A stretch of DNA of 64,000 bases, from contig OZ316892.1 in assembly GCA_973895155.1 (NCBI GenBank), forward strand, positions 1,130,917-1,194,916, written 5' to 3'. Made by a program: the position numbers and the translations under genes. Numbering within the stretch: the first letter of the stretch is position 1; every line of letters begins with the position of its first letter. This DNA comes from Marsupella aquatica. Its lineage: Eukaryota; Plantae; Marchantiophyta. The notes below the pieces were generated by a model, which ran no database searches, was not told the DNA's origin, and saw only the letters and a list, made by a program, of their open reading frames with translations. Shown in pieces: positions 1 through 13,900 of this stretch.

Positions 1-3000
1 TAGTTGCTTTTCTAGTCCATGTTGCAACCTTTGGTTCTTCCTTAATTAGCACACATATGTGTTCTTTAATGCCTTGTTGCAGTACATCATCTTTACACAA
101 GAAAAGAATCATATTCTATTCACATATGCTTTTCCGGTATTTGCCCTATTCCCCGCTCTCTCCATTTCCACATCAGCATTCCTTGTGTCTTGTTTAAGTT
201 CACCTTGTGTTCTTTTCGACGTTATCAGATATCTGAAGCTCTTAATGCTGGCCTGTCACAGGGTTCTTTCAGCAGCACTGGGCTTGCCATTTCATCGAAG
301 CTTCCACGGTACTCTGACATTTACACTTTGACCATTGCAAGCGCTGACCCACAGTCCATTGCTGCTCATCCCCCAGCAGAGATTACCAAAAGTGTGACAA
401 AGTGGTGCGTCCTCCTGCATATGATGCCTCGGTTACTTAGGAGCAGGGATCTCGAACGTCCTTCAAGTTCAGTTGTGATCTGCAGTCCATGCTCATGAAT
501 CTCCTAGCATTGAGTGGGATTTTCAGATCATCAGAGTGTTTACAATGAGCCATTAGTCAGACTTTTCGATCTTAACTTTTCATATGGGTTGTTGCAGGTT
601 TACCAAGGGTGGAGTTTTTCTAGAAGATCTCTTTTTCAGCGATGTTGAGAAACTGTTGGATGACTACAGCATTGACCCGAAGGAATCTCGTAAATCCAAA
701 TAGCTCTGATCATGTGTTTCCCATTGTCACAATAGGTTTGTCTTATCCCAGAATCGGGATCCCGAGTGTAATTTAAATCGTTTGGAAACCCCAAAGTAAG
801 CTGGAGCAGGTATATTGGGTGACACGAAGGATGAGCCAGGTAGTGTCGACAGGGACTGGGACGTTGGATTTGTGATTCTTTTCCCCCTGTTGATCACATC
901 TAGGTGTTTTCAGTCTTGGAGGCTTACTACACATGTCGTATTCAGGGTTTGCACACATTTTATTGTCGAGGGATAAGATACAATGTTTGTCAAGAGCTCC
1001 CTTTCGTCCAGCTGTTTCATCAATGGATCGCAGTGATTAGACCTTTAAGCCAAAGGTCTAACACAAATTCGTTAACAATCACTCGGCATTCCATTTACAG
1101 TTTGTATTATTGGTGGCATGAGAGAAAGCTAGTAATCTGGGTGGGGCCAATCTGCACGAAGAAATATGGATCCATGTTACCTGAACAAGGTGTTCATTGG
1201 ATGCTGAATGTAAATCCAAGTTTCCTTTGTCCAGGTACTCAGTGTTCCTGTGAATCCATGGACACATTCCAGGACACGAGAACGACATATGAGATGACCC
1301 CAATGTTGAGGACACGGACGTAATTTTTGGAATCATAGCCTCGTGCCCATGATGGTGCGAGGTTAGGAATGACCCATCATAGGCATGCCCAAATTTCCGG
1401 GTTGACAGTGAAGAATTAGTCAGTTTTCTGATTTCCTATGCAACAATTATCTATCTACCATCTGGAATAGAAAGGTGCCTAACGCACTGCTGTCAGATAG
1501 CTACAGTACATAAGACCTTTGGTTAGTAAATGAGACCGTGGCACAAGGCAAATTTCAATCTAGAACCGTGGAAACGCAACAAAACTCAGTTTGGACCTTG
1601 CGACTTCTCATTGAGCGATAGTTGTATTTTTCTCCAACCTGTAATCTGTGAAGGGCCCAAATTAAGATAATCATGAGTACTGGTGATTTCCGATTCTAAG
1701 TCGTACACCTCAACCTTTTTATCCTGCAGTCCAAGTGTTGCATGCAACAATGGCGCCCCAGCTGCATGAGATATCTTTGTTGAGGAGTGAGCTGCATCGG
1801 TGGCGAATCTTCTACTTGCTTACTCTTTTTCCTATAAGATGTTGTTTGGGTAGCTTGGGTATCTTGGACAAGTGCCCTACATACCTGCCAAAATAGGGAT
1901 CTAATATATAACCATTTCATGGAGGCAAAAGTTGGGTGATATTTGTTGGGGGAGGCGCCCCTCCCCTCCCCTACCTGCTTACATGATGTCGTCAAGAATG
2001 ATTCCCACATTGTCCATGGCCATGAGCCTCTACCACTTTGCTTGCCTCCATGGGTATATTTTCTTTGCATATCCTGCCACCTTAAGAGACAGATTTGCTT
2101 TGTATTGATAATCAAACCCTTGAATGTGATTTCCCTTTCTAACTGCTTGATTGCTCCTTTGGTATTGAAGTGTTCACAAGCAAAAGCAAGACAATGTACA
2201 GCGTTTGAATATTGCACATGGATGTTTGAACATTGCACATGGACATCTAACAAGTAAGTGCTTCATCGACTCTCCTTATCACTTCCTTTCTTCTTGATGT
2301 AACTCTTTCTCAAAGAGGGACTTCTCACTTTAATAAGTGCCAGTTTCAGAATTGTCAATTCAAAGAACCGCATTACTTAAAGTCCGGAATTTGGAGATTG
2401 GAAGCCTGCCTGATGTTCCTCTGTGAGATCCTTTTACATTCTTTTCATGTCGTATCTAGGCGTACAGTAGGGACAAGCTGTCCAGGCAATCCATTCAAAA
2501 TCTTAATATGTTTACCTTTCAAAAGGACAGCCCAATGGCCTAAATAATTTCTTCACATTTAAGTTTTTACATTGAAATAAACATAGATAAATCAGTATTT
2601 TAAATCAAAATGCTAAGAACATTCCTAAACACAAAGTGGATTTTTCCAACTGAACAGTACTTCAAAGTTTGTTTCAGGGACTCAAAATTTTCAATAATTT
2701 TTTTTTTATTGAGCAAACCTGATGGGTCAGTACTGTATTTGTGTTGTGCCCACAAAACTCCCTACTCAGATTTGTCAGTTATTATTCATTTATTGAGCAA
2801 AAAGGATCATCATTACTCTTTTTGTCTTGTGCCCACACTTGCAGAACCATTGCGTGAAACTAGGTCACTAAAACTATGCAGCAAGACAACGACAGCGAGA
2901 CGACTTTTGAATTCTAGTTTATTTTGTATCGTGCTTAATAGCTTACTTCTTTGTTTTGGTAATAGCAATATTATTGTACCACTGACCCAGCCATTTTTTG

Positions 3001-3160
3001 GTGGCCATTCACCAAAAACTTACCTAGACAAGGGACTGGCTAATGATACTTGGGAAAAAATGGCAGCCATTTGTCACATCAGGATCAAGGGCTGATATCA
3101 TTTGCCAGCAAGCCCTAGGCAAGATAAGATTTGTTTGTCTGGTCTGCTGCTCATTACCAT

Positions 3161-3352
3161 GCAATGTACATAGTTGTCAGTCATTGACAATGAGCTAGTG
3201 GAGTTTTCCCAAGAATGAGCTAGCAAAGCCAAGAAGTTTCCCAAGAATGAGCTAGCAAATGTACATAGTTGTCAATTGTTGACAATGAGCTAGAGGAGTT
3301 TTCCCAAGAATGAGCTAGCGGAGTCAAGAAGTTTCCCAAGGATGAGCTAGCA
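3161..3352. repeat. ~95-bp tandem duplication with internal TTTCCCAAGAATGAGCTAGC subrepeats
   Basis: AATGTACATAGTTGTCA..TTGACAATGAGCTAG..GAGTTTTCCCAAGAATGAGCTAGC occurs twice. Each copy carries two CCCAAGAATGAGCTAGC-like motifs. Confidence 0.85.
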
Positions 3353-4239
3353 TAGCTGTTCAAGTTACCATTTGTCACCTAAGTGTACTGCTAGAATTTG
3401 GGATTAGCTGGGAACTTACTCTCAACCAGAAACAATTAGCCAGTTGGCTGTAACCCAAAGACACTAACCAACTTTCCTGTCTCCATAGGCCAGTAGGGAG
3501 CCACCTTGGCTGATTTTTTAAATACAGAAAAAAAATGGCTGCACTGACCTCGTGTGATAGTATCTCAAAAAATCACTAAAAGTAACACTAGGTTTAGCTT
3601 ATATATGTGCATTCCTCCCCATTAGTATAATTTCCACCTCGCCAGTATCCGGTACCGAGTATACCTGCCTGCCCGCGAGTTCTGCATTCGGTAGGCTCTA
3701 ACTCCTCTCAGGTATACTTTGGGTGCAACCAGTGCAGGAATAACAAGTGATCTAACTGAATTTCGGTCTGGCAACCAACATGTTTAATTTCAACTAAGGC
3801 ATTGATGACATCTTTTGAGATTAAGGTTTCTTCGTTGCAAACATAGTTACAGACGAAAGCAACGCTAAAGGGAACTTTCCCGTCGTCAGAAAATATCTGT
3901 TGGCATAAGCTTTGCTGTCATTTTGTATATATATACACACTATACATTTCCGTTGCCAGTTTGTTAAACAGCTTTTGGGCAATGGGGCAACTGAATTATC
4001 ATTCTTTGGCAATTCCATTGCAAGTTCCGCAGGGCGTCATGGCGTGGACATATCTTTCGTAACGAATATCTAGCAACGAGAAGCAGAACGCGTCTGAAAG
4101 AAAGTAAAAGAAAATGTGGCAAACGTGGTACAACCCAATGAACAAATGATGTAATCCTTCACACTACTGATCAATCCTTGCACGTCGACAGTTGAGATTT
4201 TTTCGAAAAAATCTTTATTCGAGTGATATTATTTCCATC

Positions 4240-7200
4240 TTACGTTGAAGGAGCGTTACTCAAATGGTGAGGAGCAGAACTCCTATGCTCAGGCGTACTG
4301 CTCCTATGGTCAGGCGTATTACTCCTTTGGTCCAGAGTATTACTCGCATGGTCACTCAGCAAAGACTTAGTTTCAGAACCGTCAGTGGACCACGACTCAC
4401 GTCCTAACGAACGTGCATGGCGAGGACTGTCATTTATATCTACAGGGGACGAGTGATTACCCTCTTCAGCCGAACTTTCAGGCTTGCTAGTCAACGCTTG
4501 GGCATGAGAAATGCAGGTCTGCACAGCATCATGTACGCGGACAAAATACCACTCACGTCCTATGCGGTCAGGAACCCCTGCTCGTGCAAGAGTTGTCATC
4601 ACCGTTCGATTTGGATTGCAAAGTGCCAACTGCCACAGCAAGTAGGACATCAGAATTACATCATCTAGCGGAACAAGCAATTCTTGGCAAGGAAGTCTGT
4701 AATTCGATAATTCGCGAAACGTTTTGCAGGCTCTGAAATTTAGGGAAAACCCTAACAGCCTTGAGAACAAGCTACATGGGTCGAGCTTAAACAGACAGAG
4801 AGGTAACAAAAGGTATATGGCTGATAAGTATTGAGCACCACCATCCTCCCCTAACTAAGATGACAATGCAAGCCGTCAAATACATGAACGAATAATGTTT
4901 GATGAACCACGAGAAGTATTTCTTGTAAGTCAATTTCTGACAAGCATATTTTCTTGGCCATCAGAAGTAACAAGAGAAACTATTGAACAATGTCATAGTT
5001 TTCTGAAACCCTTGAAAGCACAACACCGATCTCAGTACCTGTACTCCGCGTGCTTTATAGTTGTAGTAAAGCTCAATAATAGCATGTACGGCACTGGAAT
5101 CAATGTAGGTCACAGCTGCAGCATAAAACCTCAATATGTCATGTATGAGTAAAAAAGGTGCCCTACCCTGCCGCAAGTGCCTAGGAGGGGAACTCATATT
5201 CTCATCAGATATTCTAGCGTTATCGAGCTAGTGGATAATCCGAGCAGGTCAACTGGATAATTTGAGTTTGATTAATCTGTGATTGATAAGTTTGATCATG
5301 CAAGAGAAGTAAGTTCTTTCCAGCTCAGGAATTTCTTGTACAGAGACCTTCCGAGCTTTATGGCTTCCACTGATACGTCACAAATGCTTAGACGGTATCT
5401 CGCTATAGAAATACGAGACAATGAGGTCATGCGAAACAGACAAGAGACATGAGGGTTAATTCGTCAAGTAAACAGCTGAAGTCCAAAACAAGTGGCAAAA
5501 GGAACTTACGAGACATGTCAAAGATGATGTAGGAAACTCGATCCACATGAACTCCACGACGGTGACTACCTCCCACATAGTGCTCACAACTCCGGAGCTT
5601 ATCCTTGATGAAGCTGATATTCGCAAAGTACATTGGAGCATCCACTCGAATGATCACAATGCCATAATATGTGTAGGCATCTGGATACTGCTTTGTGTTC
5701 CTATACACAGTTGTTCCTGGCAAACGTCCTAGTATTGCTGTGTGTGGGTTAGCAGATTCATAGATCACGAAAACGAGAGAGAACCCTGCTCCAACTAATA
5801 CTCCAACTTCAATTCCAAAGAATAGGGTAAATAAGCATGTAACAGTCCACAGGAATAGATCTCTCTTCGTCACTCGCCATAGGAATATGGCTTCGTCATA
5901 ATCTAGAAGGCCAATGACAGCGGAGATGACAATTGCTGCCAAGCCGCACTCAGGAATATCTTTGAAAGCCGGAGTGAAGAACACCAGGGCTGCAGTGATG
6001 AGAAAGAAAATAACGATTCCACTCAGTCCTGTTTTTGCCCCACTCTCGTTCATGACGGCTGACCTAGAAAACGACCCTGCGACAGGGGAAGCTGAGAATG
6101 CTGAACCAAAAAGGTTGGAAACTCCCAGCCCGAAGAGCTCTTGGTTTGAATCAATCTCATATCCGTTCTTTGCAGCCAAAGCTTTCGCAATGCCCACAGA
6201 TTCCAAGATTCCCACCCCAGTCACTAGAAAAGCATGGGGCACCAAATTCTTCGTATACTCAAAGTTATAGTGCAACGAGAAGCTAGGGAGTCCCTGGGGC
6301 ACTATTCCTACTACGCTCACGCTTGTAGGCCGAAACACCTTCACAAAAACAACTCCAAAAATAATGCCTGTAAGAGGTCCAGCTGCTCGCAGAAATGTGA
6401 GGTGCTTATATGTCTTCCCCACATGCTTCATTATCAGAAGCAGGGCTAGAGTTACAGACCCCATCAGAAACGGCTGCCACTTGAATCCACCAGCGCCCTC
6501 AATTATACTTTGCACTATGGGAACGAGCTTATTGCTACCCGAGATTTCATATCCCAGGAAATTCTTGGCCTGAGAAAGGCCTATGATGACCGCTGACGCT
6601 GTGGTGAAACCAGAGACGACCGAGTGACTGATAAAGCGAATCAGCCAACCTAATCGCACTAGTCCCATAAAACATTCTATAATTCCGACCAACAATGCCA
6701 GTTGGATGGCAAGATCCGTGTAGATTTTTTGCGCTTGTTCCTGACCTTCTTCTGTCGGGCTCTGGCTCGGATCTATGATCCGAAGTAATGCATTGGAGAC
6801 TAGCAGTGAAACCATCGCCACTGGGCCCACACTCAGCTGCCGAGAAGATCCCAAAATTGCATAAGTGAAGACAGGCACAAAACTGGAGTAGAGCCCATAG
6901 ATTGGATGAAGACCGGCCAATTTGGAGTAGGACATGGCCTGGGGGACCAACATGGTACCCACTGTAATACCGGCAATCACATCTGCTTGCAAGTACTCCT
7001 TCCATTTGTAAGATTTCATCCAACCTATGCAAGGGAAAATTCGCTCCAGGAGGCCCTTCCAGCCGCCCTTCGTCCACCCTGAGAAATCGAAGAGCTCTCC
7101 ATTCGCCGTTCCATTGTGGGAGGAGCTCTCATTCTGAAGATAATCATCTCTTCCAGGATGCTCTATGGGCAGGACCTTCCGACTATGTTCTTTATTGGCT

Positions 7201-7271
7201 CGGGGAGGAAGACCGCTGTGCGCTCCTCTTTCCAAGTTGCTAATGTCCGGGAGACTCTCAGAAGCATGCAT
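4240..7271 (-). CDS. SULTR4: Sulfate transporter, SULTR4-like (SLC26/SulP plus STAS domain), ~742 aa, 3 exons: 7271-5510, 5115-5039, 4629-4240
   Basis: SulP motifs ADVIAGITVGTMLVPQAMSYSKLAGLHPIYGLY, GSSRQLSVGPVA, GSFSRSAV, LGRLPGTTVYRN. GT-AG introns at 5509-5116 and 5038-4630 join in frame to give DMSPVTYIDSSAV...GVQLALCNPN (STAS) and IGREWYFVRVHDAVQTC, typical of group 4. Confidence 0.93.
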
Positions 7272-8220
7272 GATGCTTGGTTATACGAGCATTATACCTC
7301 TTTTAAGTGATTATCGAGTCGATAACCCTTCCGAACCTTCCGAATGTCACGTCCAGTAATTCTCTCTAATCCCCATTCAAGTCCATTTTTTACAACTGCT
7401 CCTCGAAACTCCCCTGTTATCCAGAGAGCTTCAGTGCAAAATTGTTCAATTCTAAAAGATTGGCACAAAATGACCATCAGTGGAAAAGAAAATCATATGA
7501 CTGCAGAGAAAATGAAAGAAGAGGCTCCAGAGAGCTGGAAAACTCCCGAATTGTTCAAACGGTAGACGCCCAACAATCCAAGCTTGCGCCATGATCTGAG
7601 GGCTGCTCGTCGGTCCCCATTGGACCAAAGACTGGAAAACAGGAACGATGGGTGTCAAAGGAGAAGAGGCAACCATTAGTTTCCGTCCAGGTGCATGCAC
7701 TTCCTGAGTTCTGATCAGGCCGGTCAAGTGGACTGTACTGCACTCGACCCCACATAGCACGGTCCTCTACGAAGCATGGCGAATTCATAGCAGGCAAGCA
7801 TTTCAATGCTTCAGTGGAAGACTTTCAAGGAAACGGAGTTTTCAGTTTGGAAGACACAGAAATTGACGAAGCTTGTGGGTCAGCTCAGTAAGTGGGACCA
7901 TCAGACGTATATGGACGACATATCCCCTGCAATTCGCACCAGCTGCCCGACAGACTGATGACCAAGGCCGCCAGTTACTCTGTTTCTAAATTCATAGAGT
8001 GAAGCTTTCCCCTCGTCTCACCGGCACTACTACAGTAGTTACGGGGCACAAAGCCTCAATGTTCATACATTGCACAAGAGAGCTGTAAAGTTAAAATGTG
8101 TCACGTGAGGTGTCCATTGCAAAGACGCCGATAAATAAAATGACCATGGATAAAGTAAATGCAAGATCATGATTAGAAATGGCCCATCTTTAGGCCCAAC
8201 TCGCATATCATGTGGTGGGC

Positions 8221-8443
8221 GCTATGTTTTTGTTTGTTTTTGATAAATAAAATTTATTCAAAACAAGGGCAAAGCCCCCCTAAACTGAGTGGCTAGGACA
8301 TTGCTGGTATTCTACAAAGAGACTAGGGAGTGCGCTATGTTTTTGTTTGTTTTTGATAAATAAAATTTATTCAAAACAGGGCAAAGCCCCCCTAACTGAG
8401 TGGCTAGGACATTGCTGGTATCCCACAAAGAGACTAGGGAGTG
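8221..8443. repeat. ~112-bp tandem duplication
   Basis: GCTATGTTTTTGTTTGTTTTTGATAAATAAAATTTATTCAAAAC...GAGACTAGGGAGTG at 8221-8333 and 8334-8443, near-identical. Confidence 0.9.
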
Positions 8444-8883
8444 ATTTTTGTGAAAGAGCTTTTAATCACTTTGCCACTAAAGATGTTCTAATCCGTAATA
8501 TTGTCTTTTTTGTATTTATAAAAATATCACGGTTTGGTATACGAATGAAAGTTTACCAAAGTAACCAGGGGAACTATATACAAAAATAATGACATTTTTG
8601 TAAAAAAAATAAAAATAGTGGCACTATTGCAAATTTAAATATCTTTAGCGACAATGTACTTAAAAGATGTTTTGTGAAAATTATGAATCTTCTTGTCCTG
8701 ATAAATTCTGTTGACAATTATCAATTTTTTTTTGTAATAAGAGGAACAAGGGGAATAGGGAGCAAAGCCCAGGAGCAAGACAAAAGGCACCAGCAGAAGC
8801 AGTAGTGCCCAAAGCCCCAGGCCCCTAGGTCATGACCTTGGGACGGGCATAGGTCCTAGTCAGCCACCTCTTAATGGGCAAAA

Positions 8884-8965
8884 GATGAACTCACCTATAG
8901 TACCACATCTAGTGCACTCTCTGGACATCTCACTAGATGGGCCTCCGTATTATAGCATGTTCATC
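8884..8965. repeat. Short palindromic element related to the outer arms of the 27687-28220 foldback
   Basis: GATGAAC...CCACATCTAGTGCAC...CACTAGATGG...GTTCATC. The same terminal motifs occur at 27687 and 28220. Confidence 0.55.
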
Positions 8966-9021
8966 CTGGAACATTTCTTGTTTTTTTTTCTTGTAAACAT
9001 TTTTTTTCTTGTAGTGATATG

Positions 9022-9314
9022 TGTTAAGTATTGTTTTTAGTCTTGTGACTCTATAGCTAACCGCAGTTAGTCTAACTCAGGTTAGAACTTAGCCAAGGTT
9101 AGCGGTAGTGCTGATGTGTATATAGCTAGAGCTGGTGCCAGTCCCTGGTGGATCTTCAGTTCATTGTTTGAGTTGGGCAAGAGAGAAGTAAAGGTCTCTT
9201 GCTTTCCCGTGGACGTAGCCTCGGTCATGAGGTGAACCACGTACTCGCTGTGTCGATTACTTTGTATGGTGTTCACATGTGCATGGTGTCTTAGGATAGG
9301 GATTATCCCCAACA
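9022..9314 (+). mobile_element. Solo LTR of a Ty1/Copia-type retrotransposon (293 bp)
   Basis: Starts TGTT, ends AACA, flanked by a perfect 5-bp TSD ATATG (9017-9021, 9315-9319). Contains CCCGTGGACGTAGCC...GGTGAACCACGTA, a motif common in plant Copia LTRs, and a TATATA box-like site. Confidence 0.88.
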
Positions 9315-10709
9315 ATATGTGTGTCTAGATACAATCTCTCTTCCTGAAGACAATCTCTTGTTTTGCTCTAGATGGTGAACTATTTCTCTCTTTTACATTT
9401 CCCTAGATTGGTGGTACTCCATAATCCCTTCCCAAGACAATGCCTGTAAAAATACAACTTAAGAGAAAAATCACAAATTAAAGTCTAGAAGGCTCATAGC
9501 CATCAAAGAGAAATACAAAGAAAAAACTATATGGGGATTACAATCTCAATATCCTGAATTTTGGATGCTCCTATAAGGGGAATCCACCTTTCTGTGTTTT
9601 ATCTTATACATTTTCCTTGTGTATTTTTTAATGTATTTTAACAAGGTGCATCGTTTGTATTATTTAAATTTTAGCACCCCTCTTAATGATTAATCTTTGC
9701 TATCCTAGACCTCGTTTTATACTTCAATATTGTGCATCCATATAATTATCTATCTCACTAATAAAGCTCAATGCAAAGCTATTTTCCAAGACTAATGTGT
9801 AGAGTGAAGACACTAGAACCTAACTCTCAATAAGGACAAAACTGAAAGTGTGGGCCAAAGTGTGGGCCTACCTAAAAACAGGATGGGCAAAGATAAACAG
9901 GAAACAGCATAGGATTTTTTTTTGTCTTCTTCCCTAGTTAGCCTAGTTAGGTTCAAGGAATCTTACTAATAAATTGCAAACATAAGCTACTTTCAAGGGC
10001 TAGGGTCTAGAGTGCCTCTAGACACCAACTCCATATAAATACAAGGAATGGGTAACCAGGCTAGTGGGATTTTCTTGACGGGACCCAAACATGAATAGCG
10101 TTACTTAATAGGACCCCTGAAGGTTTGGGTATTTGGGTACGTTGATTCACCTTGAATCAAGGGTCCGGATCACTCAGGGTCCTAAATAACACGTTTTATT
10201 TTGGGGTCTCATCAAGCCCAATCAAGCTAATGTAACCTGTCTGCAATGACTTGTTTGAGAAGGAGTATGGGTTTCGTTCGTGCCTTTGGGATCGTTGGCA
10301 GTGGGATACAAATCATGGCAAGGCACGGCAAGGCAAGGAACCAAACGGGAGAGGGGAACGGCGGAGCGTTGGGCCCGAAAGATGATGCCGAACCACGAGA
10401 GCGGGTGATCCAACACCCAGAGCAGACTCCTATCGAGTACACAATTGAGTACAATCTTTCATGGCTAACAGGAGACTCCGATCGAGTACGCAATTGAGTG
10501 AAATTGCTTCTGAAGACAAGACCAAGCTCTGCAACGCTGAAAAGTCACGTCGGGAGAGGAAGGAGCGATTGAGCCCAAGTACAGACAGCAATTGATTAAA
10601 CATTGATTGAATTATTGACGATGAAACCGAGAGAGCAAGCGCGTCAATTCTTTTTTTCTGGTGCTTCTTCTGCTTGTGCCTGACTACGCTCCAACGAACA
10701 AGCAGACGT

Positions 10710-10711
<2 letters not shown>

Positions 10712-10769
<58 letters not shown>
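10712..10769 (+). repeat. (AG)29 microsatellite in the 5' region of the ASH2-like gene
   Basis: Uninterrupted AG dinucleotide run ~155 bp upstream of ATG 10926. Confidence 0.97.
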
Positions 10770-10773
<4 letters not shown>

Positions 10774-10925
10774 GGAAGACCAGCTGGAATGATTGATTGA
10801 TTGATCGGCTGCTGATTGTTGGCAAGTCATTTGGCTGACGTAAAGGAGGTCTGTCAATTTGGGATGTCGTGGCCATTTTGATGTACGAGAGGAGTAGAAC
10901 AAATGTGGTGAATTCATGAGACACA

Positions 10926-13900
10926 ATGTCTCGAGTGGAGTCTCCCTTTCATGCCATTGCTGCAGAGGCACTCGACGACAAAGACACTCCCGACGTCCCT
11001 ATCTCGGACGAGGTCGAGGCCGATGGTTGTTCAGCTCCCGCCACAGCGACTACGGTCGACGCAAGCTCAGCAGAAGCCAAGCATGGCCTAGAAGAGGACT
11101 CTGCTGTGAAGCCGCCGACATTGGAAGCGAACACTGACAACGATGATGAAGGTGAACATTTTCGGGAAGAAAACGGGGGTGAAAATGAAAATGGGGTTGA
11201 AGAAAATGGCGGCGTTGAGGCTTCGAGCAAGAACGGAGGTCCGGGGCAAGAAGCAGAGGAGACGCCAGTAGCTCTGGAGCAGAAAGTTTCCTCCGAAGGT
11301 TAGTGATTCCGATTCAAGTCGGCATTTGTGTTCAGCTAAACGACTCTATCTTGAGAAAATTGTGACTGGCACCGGGAGGGACTGACATCCAGCTTAAGCT
11401 CCTCTTCAGTAAGAATGATGGTGCATTAGGGGCGATGGAGTGGTGCCAAGCCCTCACAGTTTCCGACTTCATCGCTATCTTGTGAAGAATGTTGTGTGTT
11501 ACCATTTGGGTGAAAGTGGTCGTATGATTATCGCGTTGTTTTATGAACTGCTGGAGACCATGAGGAATTTTGACCCCTTGCCTACCATTGACGTTACCCT
11601 CCCTGCCCTGCCCTGCCGACATCCTGTGTAGCCGTGAATTCTGCCGTCTGTCTTACTGAATCGTCGTTGGACAGAACTTTTGGGTCGCAGGAATCGGAGC
11701 AGTATAATGTCAAACATTAGAACCAAAGATTTGGCTAGGGTTTTTTGCAGTGAATGATTGTTACTGAATCCTTTGTAAGACACTACTGGGTTGTCTCCCG
11801 CGGAATTGGCAGGCACTTGTCATGCTCCAAACTGTATTGTATAATAGGAACGATATGTAGGGTCAACAGGAGTTTTTAGGGTTTCGAGACATATTGAGTC
11901 GTACTTACTAAGCTCTGCGCAGTCTTGAACTATGGATATTTTTTTTTCCCTTTGGAAGAATCTTCATTTCATGTTTTCAGGAGGATGGATGTGTGGTAAT
12001 GAGCAGGTGTTGGAGCAGAAGTAAACGAAATAGTCGCTAAGAAATCAAAGAAGCGGACCAATGTATGGACGAAAACGACGTCTCGGAAGAGTGCAAAGAA
12101 AGTTAAAAACAGTGGAGTGCGAGGTCAGTCTGACGCGAAGGATGAGAACGTGCTGTTGAAGCCCTTTCATCAAGAGGATGACCCATCGTATCCAATTCTC
12201 CTCTCGAAGATCTACAAGGCGGAAAAGATTGAGCTAAGTGCGGATAGGCTCGTCGCGAGTGGTAGCAAAGGTTATCGGATGGTGAGAGCGACTCGTGGGG
12301 TCGTTGAAGGTGCTTGGTACTTTGAAATTTATGTGGAAAGGTTAGGAGATACAGGGCACACGCGGCTGGGTTGGAGCACACGTAGAGGTGACCTGCAGGC
12401 ACCAGTAGGATACGATGCTCACAGCTATTCTTACAGGGACTTAGATGGCTGCAAAGTACATGCAGCACTGCGGGAGGACCATGGCGAGGCGTACCACGAG
12501 AAGGACGTGATTGGCTTCTATATAAATCTTCCCCGTGAGCCAGGCTTTACGTGGAAACCAGAGGAAGAGGTTGTTGGATATAAGGGACAACCATACATTA
12601 TTGTCGCCGACGAGCCCCTCAAACCGTTGCCAGGTATGCTAATTACAGAATTAGAAAAGTTGTTGATTTCATCTCTCTGAAAGTCCAGTCGTTGTTGTGA
12701 TTTGTTCCTTGCTCGTCAGTAGGCCTTCGTCTCGACTACTTGTTTCGAGAGGACCTCTTGCAAGGGCGATATCCTCCAGAGTAATCCTCTGCTTTTATGT
12801 TCTTCTCTGCTCATATCCCTTCTGGCTGATCAAGTCAAAACGGCTGAACCGAGAAAGGATTTTGATACCAGCATTCGTGCGAGAGTGTTTTATGTTTCAG
12901 AAGCGAAAACGTTTAATTATAAGCGTGCTTCCATTGGGCGATGCGCTTCTAACCCTAGGGAGCTCGTGGCACTTGATTGTGTTGGTGCGAGAATTTTGTA
13001 ACAGAGCAGGGAGGGGTTGTTTGTCTGACGGTGGGGTTAAGTCACAATTAAAGTACTGTAAAATAATTTGTCTACAGTTAGGGGCAGTCGATATTTGCCC
13101 ATTTGAATGTCCAAGACCCGAAATTGAACCAGAGGAGGAGAGTTAAGTTGGATTCGATTGTCTTAAATGGACTGCCGCTGAATCTCTCTTTGGTATGGAT
13201 ATAGGAAGTGAAATACTCTTTTTCAAGAATGGAGTCTGCCAAGGCGTGGCCTTCAAGGACATTAACGACGGCAGCTATTTTCCTGCTGCATCCATGTATA
13301 CCCTTCCTTCTCAGGACTACTGCAAAGTAGTCTTTAATTTTGGTCCAGATTTTAGGTATCCTGTTACTGATCTTGGAGATCGGCCTCTTCCTTTACCCAT
13401 GTGCCAGGCTCCTGGGCCTTCTGGACAAGCGAGGGCAGAAACATTTCCTACAAATCAGACGGAGGCAGTGGTACAATTTAGGGAGAATGGTGGGGATAAG
13501 TGGATGGCACTTGAACTTGGCGATCCAATGGAAGTCGCAGAGGCTACAGAAGGTACAAGAAAGGAGAGCAAAACCAAGGAAGTTGAAAAGGTATCACCTG
13601 TAGCTAAAAAGAAATTGAAAAGGCCCACTGGAACAGGCACTGAAGCAGTTTTAGCTCTTAAAGGAAGCAAGAAGGATCTCCCTGGAACAGGATCAGCACT
13701 CAAAGCAAGTAAGAAGGACCTCCCTGGAACAGGATCAGCACCCAAAGGAAGCAAGAAAGACTCGCATGGAACGGGGTTAGCATTCAAATCAAGGAAGGAC
13801 TTGCCTGGAACAGGATTGATTCACAAATCGAGCAAGAAAGACTCGCCTGGAACAGAATTAGCACTTAAAGCAAGCAAGAAGGACTCACATGGGACTGGAT

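Noticed and set aside
10430-10971. ORFs with poly-SL tracts (also 63170-63517)
   Set aside because: Translation artefacts of (AG)/(CT) microsatellites.
12697-13146. 149-aa ORF inside the ASH2-like locus
   Set aside because: Lies wholly within intron 2 (12634-13204), non-ATG start, no recognisable motifs.
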